Of a DNA stretch of 64,000 nt, positions 19,092 to 27,471 are shown one piece after another; the first letter of the stretch is position 1, and every line of letters begins with the position of its first letter. The stretch is from an uncultured delta proteobacterium. Its GTDB lineage: Bacteria; Myxococcota; Kuafuiibacteriia; Kuafuiibacteriales; Kuafuiibacteriaceae. The notes under the pieces were generated by a model. It was not told the DNA's origin and made no database searches. It saw only the letters and a program-made list of their open reading frames with translations. The stretch is taken from the NCBI GenBank assembly GCA_963803435.1, contig CAWDML010000001.1, positions 2,304,001-2,368,000 on the forward strand. The letters run 5' to 3'. The position numbers and the translations under genes are program-made.

Positions 19092-19538
19092 GTGACCTTG
19101 GATGACCTGCTCGGGGGCGCCGGGAAGATCGTGCCCGGGATCGAGATCAACGCCGTGCTCTACGGCATCCGGGAGCAGCTCGACTCGTCGATCGGCTACG
19201 AGATGGTGCTCGACGGCAGGACGCTCGAGGATCTGCTCTACCTGGAGCTGCCGAAGCTGACCGAGCACCTGTTCGCCAAGCGACTCCCGATGCTCGGCGC
19301 TCCCCAGCTGATCCTGACGCTGTGGCGGGACGGTCGCGCGCACATCTTCGCCGGCGACGCGTTCTTCGACGCCCTGGCGCGCGGCCTCGCCCTCACGCAC
19401 GACGCCCTGCGCGACGCCATCGCCGGATGGCGGAGCGACGCTGGCTTCCTCCCCGATCCGTGGATGGGCGTCGCCGGCCGCACTTCCGAGGATCGCGGCT
19501 CCGCGCCGATCGGGCTTCTTCCTCCGCCGAAGCGCTGA
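19092..19538 (+). CDS. Hypothetical protein
   Basis: 148-aa ORF with strong codon bias, globular composition and TAAGCT box upstream. Confidence 0.7.
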   Translation: MTLDDLLGGAGKIVPGIEINAVLYGIREQLDSSIGYEMVLDGRTLEDLLYLELPKLTEHLFAKRLPMLGAPQLILTLWRDGRAHIFAGDAFFDALARGLALTHDALRDAIAGWRSDAGFLPDPWMGVAGRTSEDRGSAPIGLLPPPKR

Positions 19539-19724
19539 CACGGCGCTGCGTCCGTTTGGGCAGCCCCGAGGAACCGTCGCCGGCAACGCGGCACGAATCG
19601 GCTGCGTTTCGAGCGTACAACCCTGGCACCGGGCTTGACCCGGTTCACGCGCCCGCGTGCCGGCTTCCTGCGCATCGCGTCACCGATCGGAAGCGGCGCG
19701 CTGGTAGCGACCTCCGGCTCCCCC

Positions 19725-19740
19725 TGGAACGTCGATTGCT
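19725..19740 (+). promoter_or_regulatory. Sigma-54 -24/-12 promoter of usp gene
   Basis: TGGAACGTCGATTGCT (GG-N10-GC with TTGC). Confidence 0.65.
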
Positions 19741-19753
19741 GTCTCGAGAGGGC

Positions 19754-20680
19754 ATGAGCAGAGCCGTCGAGGTTCGGACCGTCGTCGTTCCGATCGATCT
19801 CTCACCTTTGTCGGGGGCGGCGTTCGAGTCTGCGGTCGGAGTCGCAGAGATGCTGGGCGCGGAGCGAATCCACCTCGTCCACGTCATCCGCGACGTCACC
19901 CGCTGGATGCGCGAGCTGTCGCCGGGACCCCCGGTCGGTCCGCTCGCTTCGCTCGAGCGCATCGTGGACCTCGCCGAGGCGCGCCTCGCCCGCTTCGTAC
20001 CGTCGAACCCCGACCTCGAGGTGACCCGCGAGGCCAGGATCGGCGGTCCCGCCCAGGAGATCGTCGCTGCGATCGAGGAGTCGAACGGCGACCTCGCCGT
20101 GATCGCATCCCAACAGCGCAGCGGCGTCGGGCGCTGGGTGCTCGGCAGCGTCGCCCATGCCGTGATCCGCGCGGCCGGCCGTCCCGTGCTGGTCGTCGGC
20201 GAGAGCCACCGCTGGCGGAGGCCGAAGAAGATCCTCGCCGCGATCGATCTCTCCCCCGTCTCGGAGCGCGTGCTCATCCACGCGGTTGCGTTCGCAAAGG
20301 CTGCGCGGGCCCAGGTCACTGCGCTGTCGGCGTACGATCTCTTGTGGATCCCCACGACGTCCCAGGCGTCCGTTCCGCTCCCGCTCGACGACACGGACCG
20401 GCGCGCGCTCGAGGTACGCCACCGCGAGGCCGTACAGGCGATGGTCGACCGCGTAGCCGACCCGGACGTGCCGATGAGCAGCACCGTCACCGGCGGCCAG
20501 CCGCCGGCCAAGGTGATCTTGCAGCAGGCAGAGCAGCTCGGCGCCGATCTGATCGTCGTCGGGGCGAGCGGACACAGCGCCTGGGAGCGCATCTTCCTCG
20601 GTTCGACCGCGACCAAGGTGGCTTCGTCTGCGCCCTGTCCCGTCCTCGTCGTGCCACCGCTCCACAAGGCTGACAGCTGA
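19754..20680 (+). CDS. Universal stress protein (two USP domains)
   Basis: VVVPIDLS...LGSVAHAVIRAAGRPVLVV and KILAAIDLS...DLIVVGASG...FLGSTATKVASSAPCPVLVV. Confidence 0.93.
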   Translation: MSRAVEVRTVVVPIDLSPLSGAAFESAVGVAEMLGAERIHLVHVIRDVTRWMRELSPGPPVGPLASLERIVDLAEARLARFVPSNPDLEVTREARIGGPAQEIVAAIEESNGDLAVIASQQRSGVGRWVLGSVAHAVIRAAGRPVLVVGESHRWRRPKKILAAIDLSPVSERVLIHAVAFAKAARAQVTALSAYDLLWIPTTSQASVPLPLDDTDRRALEVRHREAVQAMVDRVADPDVPMSSTVTGGQPPAKVILQQAEQLGADLIVVGASGHSAWERIFLGSTATKVASSAPCPVLVVPPLHKADS

Positions 20681-21342
20681 AGAGATCCGCGCCTTCCTCG
20701 TCGGCGAAGGCCGATTCCCGGCGTTGCGGCGGCCTGCCCGCGGTCCGCTGATCCGCCTGGGGCATCGTTCCCATCGGCGCGTGTTCGGTTACGACCCCGT
20801 GACGTCGCTGCCTCTCCATGGCGGATCGGCACCATCGCCGCTTCTCGCCGCCCGAGGCGCCTCTCCTCCGCGCTGATCGCCTCGAACGTAGAACGGCGCT
20901 TCATCGGTGATCCGATCGACGTCGCAGTGGGTGGCCATGCGGCGGGCCTCTCCGCCGCCATCGTTCAGCGCCACCCGTTCGACGTGCACGCGCGGCGCGC
21001 CTCCGGGATCGCAGCGCGACGAACTCAGGCTCGGCCTCAAAGGCCTGGGAGGCCGTCAGGCCGCTGATCGGCCAGCTCGTCTCCAAGGATGGCGAGCGTC
21101 CGACGGCGTCGGACGATCTCGAAGCGATCGATCGCGCGGTCCTGCGCTCGCCTCCCGCGGGCTGCGCGCGCCGGCATCGTGAAGAGCGCGAAGACCGGAC
21201 GCCCGCGAGATCGTCACCTTCGTGGTGTCGCGCTCCGAAGCGGTGAACGACGAAGCACGAGCGGCAACGCCAGTCCCTCCAAGTGATGGACGGGGCAGTT
21301 ACGAGAACAGGACGCAGCGCCCAGGGCACGGTCCTTCGTCGG

Positions 21343-21358
21343 CGGCGCGCGGCTTGCT
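21343..21358 (+). promoter_or_regulatory. Sigma-54 -24/-12 promoter of AAA ATPase gene
   Basis: CGGCGCGCGGCTTGCT (GG-N10-GC with TTGC). Confidence 0.55.
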
Positions 21359-21370
21359 CCCGATCGCTTC

Positions 21371-21994
21371 ATGCACGAGTGCGGATGTGCGATTGCAAAC
21401 CATGATCCGAAGCTCGTCGTCCTGACGGGCGGTCCCGGGGCCGGCAAGACGGCCGTGCTCGAGGTGGTGCGGCGGCACTTCTGCCGGCACGTCGTGGTAC
21501 TTCCCGAGTCGGCGAGCATTCTCTTCTCCGGCGGCTTTCCCCGCCGAAAGACGGAGATCGCGATGCGTTCCGCGCAGCGCGCGATCTTCTGGGTGCAGCG
21601 AGAACTGGAGCGCATGGCGCTCGAGGAGCATCAGGGTGCGATCGTGCTCTGCGATCGCGGCACGATCGACGGGCTGGCCTATTGGCCCGGTCCGCCTGCT
21701 GGATTCTTTCGAGACGTCCACACTTCGTTCGAGGAGGAGCTCGCACGTTACGCCACAGTCATCCATCTGCGGACTCCGGACGAGCACACCGGGTACGACC
21801 GCAGCAACCCGATCCGCACCGAGACCGCGGAGCAGGCCCTTGCGATCGACGCTCGGATCGCATTGGCATGGCGCGCGCATCCACGGAGATTCCTCGTTGA
21901 GAACCAGCTCGAGTTCGTGGACAAGCTCGCGCGCGCGATCGAGCTCATCGAGGGCGAGCTACCCGCCTGCTGCCGCTCGCGAGAGTTCGCGTAG
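21371..21994 (+). CDS. P-loop ATPase / nucleotide-kinase-like protein (AAA_28 / NadR-like)
   Basis: VVLTGGPGAGKT, LPESA, VLCDRGTIDGLAYW, NPIRTE. Confidence 0.88.
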   Translation: MHECGCAIANHDPKLVVLTGGPGAGKTAVLEVVRRHFCRHVVVLPESASILFSGGFPRRKTEIAMRSAQRAIFWVQRELERMALEEHQGAIVLCDRGTIDGLAYWPGPPAGFFRDVHTSFEEELARYATVIHLRTPDEHTGYDRSNPIRTETAEQALAIDARIALAWRAHPRRFLVENQLEFVDKLARAIELIEGELPACCRSREFA

Positions 21995-22129
21995 AATCGT
22001 CCCCCGCACAGACCTGAATCGCCCGATCTTCGGGTGCGCAGCCGCTACCGGCGGACCTCGCGCTGACCGCGCAGCTCCACTGCGGCAGGACCGAGCACGG
22101 CGCTCAATCGCTTCGCGAACGCGTCGCAG

Positions 22130-22361
22130 ATGTCGAAACGTTGTTCGATCACGCCGCATCACCCCTCACCTCCGGCGGCGCGACGAGCGGCCTCTGGTTG
22201 GATGCGTTCGCGGTAAGACACGCCGCTGGGTTGTCGAGCGGACGAACGCCTGGCACAACCGATTCCGCGCACGACTCGTGCGATGGGAACGAATCGGTGC
22301 GCACGACTTGGCGTTGCTTCATCTCGCTTGTGCGATCATCGCGTCCCAGCAGGCGCGGTGA
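22130..22361 (+). pseudogene. IS5-family transposase, C-terminal remnant
   Basis: RRWVVERTNAWHNRFRARLVRWER...ALLHLACAII is the typical IS5 C-terminal signature. N-terminus absent; left boundary approximate. Confidence 0.85.
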
Positions 22362-22624
22362 CTTGGCTCGGAAGCGTGCTTCGCCGTCTTGACCGAGCTG
22401 GTCAGGATCGCTGTGAGCTCATTGGCCTCGCGAATGAGAGGGACGAGCTCGGGTCCTTCCGCAAGATCGCCGTTTAACTCGTCGTTTGGAACCACCACCC
22501 AGGCGCATCGGATGAGCTGCCGAGCGACATGCTTGCCAGCGAGATCCTTCGCGAGTTCGCGACACGGCCGAAGAACGCGCCTCGCAAACCTGAGCAACCG
22601 ATCCGCGATGTCATCGCCCTTCAT
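22319..22624 (-). pseudogene. Four-helix-bundle protein (23S rRNA IVP-like) with internal deletion
   Basis: MKGDDIADRLLRFARRVLR...GKHVARQLIRC joins directly to LIREANELTAILTSSVKTAK. The central SxxANxxE..S..DF..K segment is missing. Confidence 0.78.
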
Positions 22625-22635
22625 GAGCTGAAGAC

Positions 22636-22704
22636 GAACAGCGAATGCCAGAACAAGTGCAACACGGAATCGCGAACGGAACGGTTGTAGGGCCGGTTCT
22701 TAGA
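22636..22704. repeat. Left arm of ~70-bp inverted repeat (heptamer-like tract plus IS5-like terminal sequence)
   Basis: Reverse complement matches 24598-24667: about 34/43 identity in the TTCCGTGTT..GTTCTGGCA.TCGCTGTTC tract, 13/15 in GGGCCGGTTCTTAGA. Confidence 0.7.
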
Positions 22705-22919
22705 CCATATGGAACGACCGCGCCCGGTCGCGAGGCCGGCGAAGGAGAACGGTCGTGCCACGGGTACAGCGGAAGTCCGAAAAGTCGCGGGCGCGAGTAG
22801 CGCAGAAGAAAAATAGGACCGGCCCCGGATCGCAAATCGGGCCTAAGCCATCGCGGGTTGGCGTCGGTGAACGCCAGAGCCGCATACGAAGGAGGCCGGT
22901 CGTTCATCGAGAGCTCTTC

Positions 22920-23167
22920 GGCTATCCCGGTGCGCGGCGCCGCGGACTCCCGATCGGAAGCGGGAACACGGAAGCGACGTGGAAGAGCCTGTTCCAAGTG
23001 CGACTCAAACGCAGCGGCGCCCGGTGGAAGGAGGAGACCGCCCGCGACATCATCAACCTTCGCGCGCTCGCGCTCAGCGACCGATGGGAGCCAGCCCTTC
23101 AACTCACACTATCTCCGCTCCGGCGAGCGGTTCGGGCCGTCACGTGATCAGGATGAGAGCCACACCC
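22920..23167 (+). mobile_element. ISKra4-family transposase C-terminal remnant with right end
   Basis: RRRGLPIGSGNTEATWKSL..RLKRSGARW...INLRALALSDRW (stop 23147), then end-like sequence GAGAGCCACACCC (23155-23167) abutting a truncated gene. Confidence 0.8.
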
Positions 23168-23427
23168 GCCTGGTCTCCCAGATCCGACGCGCCGCGGTCT
23201 CGATCCCGGCGAACATCGCGGAGGGCTCGAAACGTCGACGAAACAACGACTACGCTCGCTTCCTCAACATCGCCGAGGGCTCGGCGGCCGAGGTCGACTA
23301 CTTCCTGATCCTGAGTCGCGACCTCGGGCTCGTCACCGCGAAGGCCGCGGAGCCGATTCGCGCGGAACTCGACGAGATCGCCCGCATGCTCAACGGCCTC
23401 CCCGGTAAGGTCGAACGGAGCGCATAG
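23168..23427 (+). pseudogene. Four-helix-bundle protein, 5'-truncated by ISKra4 insertion
   Basis: LVSQIRRAAVSIPANIAEGS..RNNDYARFLNIAEGSAAEVDYFLILSRDLG. Begins mid-codon of the conserved (Y)GL. Confidence 0.88.
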
Positions 23428-23436
23428 CTCCGCGCC

Positions 23437-23490
23437 CTGTGAACTCTCAACCGTTGACTGTCGACTGGGGCCGTCTCTGTGAGCTTTCAG
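23437..23490 (+). repeat. Degenerate 7-bp tandem repeats downstream of four-helix-bundle gene
   Basis: CTGTGAA CTCTCAA CCGTTGA CTGTCGA CTG, then CTGTGAG CTTTCAG at 23477. Confidence 0.65.
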
Positions 23491-23520
23491 GTCTACCTGC
23501 CACGACGATCTTCGGCGTCT

Positions 23521-23925
23521 CTACGTGAGTGTGACGTCGGTTTCGAGCACGGCGCCCCGCTCGCCCAGGAGCTCACGTAGCAACGACCGGTGACAGCGCG
23601 CTTCCTCCTCACAGTAGCAGCCCACCGAGAAGTCGGCGGTATGGGACAGCGCCGCCAGGAGATCGAGCACCCGCCGCGCGTCGGGCGCCTTCATCTCCGC
23701 AAGAAAAGCCCGCCGGAACTTCCGCCACCCCGCGTCGTTCACGATCGGGAACGAGGCCTTCAACAGCTCCTCGCTCGGCGACAGATTCGGAAGCCAGACA
23801 TCGTAGAGGTTCCGGTACGCGTAGTCCTCCTTCTTCACCCCCCGCGGAGGCCGCCGCACCGTCCCGATCCGAAGCCCTTCGCCCTCGGCGCGATCCGATC
23901 CGAGCCGCACGATCCGAACCACCAC
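23521..23925 (-). CDS. DUF488-family protein (YeaO-like)
   Basis: GEGLRIGTVRRPPRGVKK, YDVWLPNLSPSEEL, FSVGCYCEEEARCHRSLL. Confidence 0.9.
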   Translation of the reverse strand: MVVRIVRLGSDRAEGEGLRIGTVRRPPRGVKKEDYAYRNLYDVWLPNLSPSEELLKASFPIVNDAGWRKFRRAFLAEMKAPDARRVLDLLAALSHTADFSVGCYCEEEARCHRSLLRELLGERGAVLETDVTLT

Positions 23926-23934
23926 GCCGGCATC

Positions 23935-24543
23935 CTACAGAACCGCGTCGCACGCGACGACGACCATCTGGGCGGCCCGTCTGGGACCCTCGCTGCGATT
24001 CGTGCGACCCGAATGCCAGGTGTGACCGTTCATGATCACCACGCTTCCCGCCCGGCCGATGACGATGCGCTGGTCAGGATGGCGTGAGAGCGGTTGCGCC
24101 AACGACTTGGGGATGGGGCGGACGAGCCGATGCGAGCCGGGAACGACGCGGGTGGCGCCGTTCTCCTCGGTGAAGTCATCCAGCATGAAGATCGCCGTCA
24201 CGACGTAAAACGGACCGCTTGCGACGCGCGGCGGCCAGTCGGCGTGAAGGCCCTGCTGGCCGAAGCCGGGGAGCGGGTTGCGTCCGTGGATCTCGCGCAC
24301 CCGGAACGGCCGGCCCAGCACGTGCGCGACCACGTCGAGGACCGCGGGATGCTCGCCGAGCCGGCACCACGCCTCGCGGTCCGGCGTGTGGTCGTCGATC
24401 CGCACGTGCTGGGTGCCGCCGTCCCGGTTGGGTGCGCCCTCGAACGCGCGCCGCAGCAGCGAAACGGTGGCCGGATCGAGCGCGCCCTCGATCACTCCGT
24501 ACCCGTCACGGTCGACGGCCTGGAAGTGCACCCCGCTCGACAT
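23935..24543 (-). CDS. Phytanoyl-CoA dioxygenase family (PhyH) Fe(II)/2OG oxygenase
   Basis: DRDGYGVIEG, QGLHAD, LDDFTEENGATRVVPGSH, AGSVVIMNGHTWHSG..N.S..PRR. Confidence 0.9.
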   Translation of the reverse strand: MSSGVHFQAVDRDGYGVIEGALDPATVSLLRRAFEGAPNRDGGTQHVRIDDHTPDREAWCRLGEHPAVLDVVAHVLGRPFRVREIHGRNPLPGFGQQGLHADWPPRVASGPFYVVTAIFMLDDFTEENGATRVVPGSHRLVRPIPKSLAQPLSRHPDQRIVIGRAGSVVIMNGHTWHSGRTNRSEGPRRAAQMVVVACDAVL

Positions 24544-24597
24544 CGGTGGGATCGAGAAGCTCGTCCGGCGAGCGGCGGCCGTCAAACGAATGGCGTA

Positions 24598-24667
24598 TCC
24601 AAGAACCGGTCCGAGACCTCCGAATCGTTCCCTGTTCCGTGTTTCGGCGTTCTGGCACTCGCTGTTC
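24598..24667. repeat. Right arm of ~70-bp inverted repeat
   Basis: TCCAAGAACCGGTCC...CGTTCCCTGTTCCGTGTTTCGGCGTTCTGGCACTCGCTGTTC, an inverted copy of 22636-22704. Confidence 0.7.
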
Positions 24668-24974
24668 ATGGAGACGGATCGCTCTTGCAGAAGCGTGTCG
24701 AGATCACGCGCTGGAGAGGTGGAAGCGAAGTTCGCGAACCGACCGGATGCGCTTTGCGTTTCGCGACCCCGCACGGGGGAGCGGCGGGTGCTCACGCTCC
24801 AGGTTCAGGGGCTTCGGATGTCCGATTTTCGAGGAAGTTCGTCCGGGCCGGACGGACTTTCGGACGATCGCGAAACGCGCCGGAAAGGAAGAATCTGAGC
24901 GGGACAAACGGATCAAGCGAATGGACGGCCAATCTTCATGGCGGACGAACGGCCGCCGGCGGTGGCGCGCACGC

Positions 24975-24990
24975 TGGCACCTCGCTTGCT
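24975..24990 (+). promoter_or_regulatory. Sigma-54 promoter of comM/yifB
   Basis: TGGCACCTCGCTTGCT, near-perfect TGGCAC-N5-TTGC. Confidence 0.8.
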
Positions 24991-25002
24991 CTTCCGGAGG
25001 TC

Positions 25003-26526
25003 GTGGTCGCTTGCGTGCTGAGCGCGACGCTCGAAGGCGTCGACGCCCGAACGATCGAGGTCGAGACCGAGCTCACCCAGGGCCTGCCGTACTTCGCCAT
25101 CATCGGCCTCGGCGACGTCGCGGTGAAGGAGGCGAAGTACCGGATCCAGGCGGCGCTGCGCGCTTCGGAGATCGACCTGCCCCACAAACGCGTCACCATC
25201 AACCTCGCGCCCGCCGCCGTGAGAAAGGACGGCGCGACGCTCGATCTCCCGATGGCGCTGTCGCTCCTGGCGGCGTGCGGCCACCTCTCGCCCGAGCGGC
25301 TGGCCGGCGTCACCTGCGTCGGCGAGCTGGCGCTGAGCGGCGCGCTCCGCGGCGTGCGCGGAACACTCGCGATCGCCTCGCTGGCGAAGCGGTGCGGCCA
25401 CCGCGCGCTGATCGTTCCCAGGGAGAACGGCCCCGAGGCCGCCGTCATCGAGGGCGTGCAGGTGGTGGCCGTGTCGACGCTCAACGAGGCGATCCGCTGG
25501 CTCTCCGGAAAGCTCGAGCTCGCCACGCCCACGCCGATGAGGGCGGCCGCCCGCCGCTTCGACATCGACCTGCGGGAGGTCCGCGGCCAGCAGTCCGCGC
25601 GCCGGGCGCTCGAGATCGCCGCCGCCGGTGAGCACAACCTCCTCCTGGTCGGGAACCCCGGCTCCGGCAAGACCATGCTGGCCCGGCGCATCCCGTCGAT
25701 CCTCCCGCCGTTGACGCCGGACGAGCAGCTCGAGGTCACCAAGATCTGGTCGGCCGCAGGGCTCACGATCGGGAACGGCCGACTGATCGTGGATCGTCCG
25801 TTCCGCGCTCCGCACCACACGATCAGCGAAGCCGGGCTGATCGGCGGCGGCTCACCGATCCGGCCGGGAGAGATCTCGCTCGCGCATCACGGCGTGCTCT
25901 TCCTCGACGAGATGCCCGAGCTCCCGCGGCGTGTGCTGGAGGTGCTGCGACAACCACTCGAGGATAGGGAGGTCGTGATCTCCCGGGCGCGCCACTCGAT
26001 CCGATTCCCCTCCTCGTTCGTGCTCGTCGGGGCCGCCAACCCTTGCCCCTGCGGCTGGCACGGCCATGCCTCGGGGCGCTGCTGGTGCACCACCGAGGAG
26101 ATCCAGCGCTATGTCTCCCGCATCTCGGGCGCGCTGCTCGATCGCATCGACATGGTGATCGAGGCCCCCTCGCTGTCGGCGGACGAGCTGATGTCCGAGG
26201 ATGAGGGCGAGGGCTCCGCGACGGTGCGGGTCCGGGTGGCGACGGCCCGCGCCGCGGCCCTCGAGCGGAGCGGGCGCGCCAACTCCGGGCTGATGGGGAG
26301 GAAGCTGTTGCGGTCGGCGCGCGCCTCGCCCGAGGCCCTCGCCCAGCTCAAGCGGTCGATCGAGCGGCTCCAGCTGTCGGCCCGCTCCATGGAGCGAACG
26401 ATCCGCGTCGCCCGCACGATCGCGGACCTCGAGCGCTCTTCGAAGATCGAGGTGTGGCATATGGACGAAGCGCTCCGTTATCGCCAGCCGAAGGGATGGG
26501 CGGGCGCCGAGCGCGCCGCTGCCTGA
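25003..26526 (+). CDS. comM: YifB/ComM Mg-chelatase-like AAA+ ATPase
   Basis: VTINLAPAAVRKDG..LDLP, GELALSG, GNPGSGKTMLARR, RPFRAPHHTIS, PGEISLAHHGVLFLDE, NPCPCG, LLDRID, RVARTIADL. Confidence 0.93.
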   Translation: MVACVLSATLEGVDARTIEVETELTQGLPYFAIIGLGDVAVKEAKYRIQAALRASEIDLPHKRVTINLAPAAVRKDGATLDLPMALSLLAACGHLSPERLAGVTCVGELALSGALRGVRGTLAIASLAKRCGHRALIVPRENGPEAAVIEGVQVVAVSTLNEAIRWLSGKLELATPTPMRAAARRFDIDLREVRGQQSARRALEIAAAGEHNLLLVGNPGSGKTMLARRIPSILPPLTPDEQLEVTKIWSAAGLTIGNGRLIVDRPFRAPHHTISEAGLIGGGSPIRPGEISLAHHGVLFLDEMPELPRRVLEVLRQPLEDREVVISRARHSIRFPSSFVLVGAANPCPCGWHGHASGRCWCTTEEIQRYVSRISGALLDRIDMVIEAPSLSADELMSEDEGEGSATVRVRVATARAAALERSGRANSGLMGRKLLRSARASPEALAQLKRSIERLQLSARSMERTIRVARTIADLERSSKIEVWHMDEALRYRQPKGWAGAERAAA

Positions 26527-26537
26527 GGGGCGTTGTG

Positions 26538-27062
26538 ATGAACGAGAAATTTTCGATGGCGAAGGTCACGACACCGATCGGGCGTCTGTGGTTGGTAACT
26601 CAGGGTGAGTCAGTATGGGGCGCCGAGCTGGAGCCCCGCTGGATCCCCTTGACTCTCCGGCTCGCGAAAAAAGGGTGTGCGGTGGAGCCGGGTTGTGTCC
26701 GAAGAACAAAGGGAAGCCCAACCCTCGCGCTCGCCGCGCAAGCCGTCACCGACTATTTCGCGGGCGACCTCCAGGCCCTCGAGAAGGTCTCCCTCGCGCT
26801 CGAAGGCTCGCGGACACGACTCGCCGTCTGGCGGCGAGTGCGGAGAGTTCGACCCGGAAAGACTTTGACCTACCGGGCGCTGGCGGCGTCCGTCGGCATG
26901 TCTGGGGCGTTTCGCGCCATCGGCGCGGCCAACGGCGCCAATCCCTGTGCGCTCTTCGTCCCCGACCATCGCATCATTTCCAGCGACGGCGGGCTGAGAG
27001 GCTATGGCGCCGGCGTCGAAGCCAAAGCGTGGCTGCTGGCGCACGAGGGGGTCGCGCGCTGA
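26538..27062 (+). CDS. O6-alkylguanine-DNA alkyltransferase family protein with non-canonical PDHR active site
   Basis: TPIGRL, YFAG, VWRRVRRVRPGKTLTY, RAIGAANGANP, VPDHRII, LRGYGAG..AKAWLLAHEG. Confidence 0.88.
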   Translation: MNEKFSMAKVTTPIGRLWLVTQGESVWGAELEPRWIPLTLRLAKKGCAVEPGCVRRTKGSPTLALAAQAVTDYFAGDLQALEKVSLALEGSRTRLAVWRRVRRVRPGKTLTYRALAASVGMSGAFRAIGAANGANPCALFVPDHRIISSDGGLRGYGAGVEAKAWLLAHEGVAR

Positions 27063-27103
27063 ATTCCGCTCGGCAAATTCGCTCGATGTCGTGAAAAATT
27101 CAG

Positions 27104-27406
27104 CTACTGTGCCTTTGACTTGGTCTTCTTGGAAGACTTTTTCTTCCGTCGGTCGGCCCAGTACTTCTTCATCCGATCGCTGACTTCGCGCCGCTTCTCC
27201 GGCGACCAGTTGGGCTTCTTGCGATTGGCGCGAACCTTCGACGCCTTGCTCCTAGAGCCCTTGGGACGCCCAGGACCGCGTTTTACGCCCAGCTTCGAGA
27301 GCGTCTCTTCCATGACCCGAATCTTCTCGTCGAGCTCCTGTCGTTCGTCGTGTAGCGCGTCGATCGCTCTGCGAAGCTCTTTTGCGATCTTGTCGGTATC
27401 CACCAT
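27104..27406 (-). CDS. Small basic coiled-coil / AT-hook-like DNA-binding protein
   Basis: N-terminal heptad helix, KRGPGRPKGS, WSPEKRREVSDRMKKYWA, Lys-rich end. Confidence 0.75.
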   Translation of the reverse strand: MVDTDKIAKELRRAIDALHDERQELDEKIRVMEETLSKLGVKRGPGRPKGSRSKASKVRANRKKPNWSPEKRREVSDRMKKYWADRRKKKSSKKTKSKAQ

Positions 27407-27471
27407 AGGAGTTTATTTACCGGCTTACGGCCGGCGTTGCAAGATAACTATGTCAGCTCAGAAAGAGAGTC

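Noticed and set aside
19624-19639. TGGCACCGGGCTTGAC as an additional sigma-54 promoter (also TGGCACGACCGTTCTC at 22745-22760 minus and TGGCACGCGTCCACGA at 57791)
   Set aside because: The -12 GC dinucleotide is not conserved. Better-matching boxes exist nearer the usp and hemerythrin genes.
22876-22910. GAGCCGCATACG resembling the start of group II intron domain V
   Set aside because: The complementary 3' half (..ACGTxCGGTTC) and domain VI are missing, and there is no reverse transcriptase nearby.
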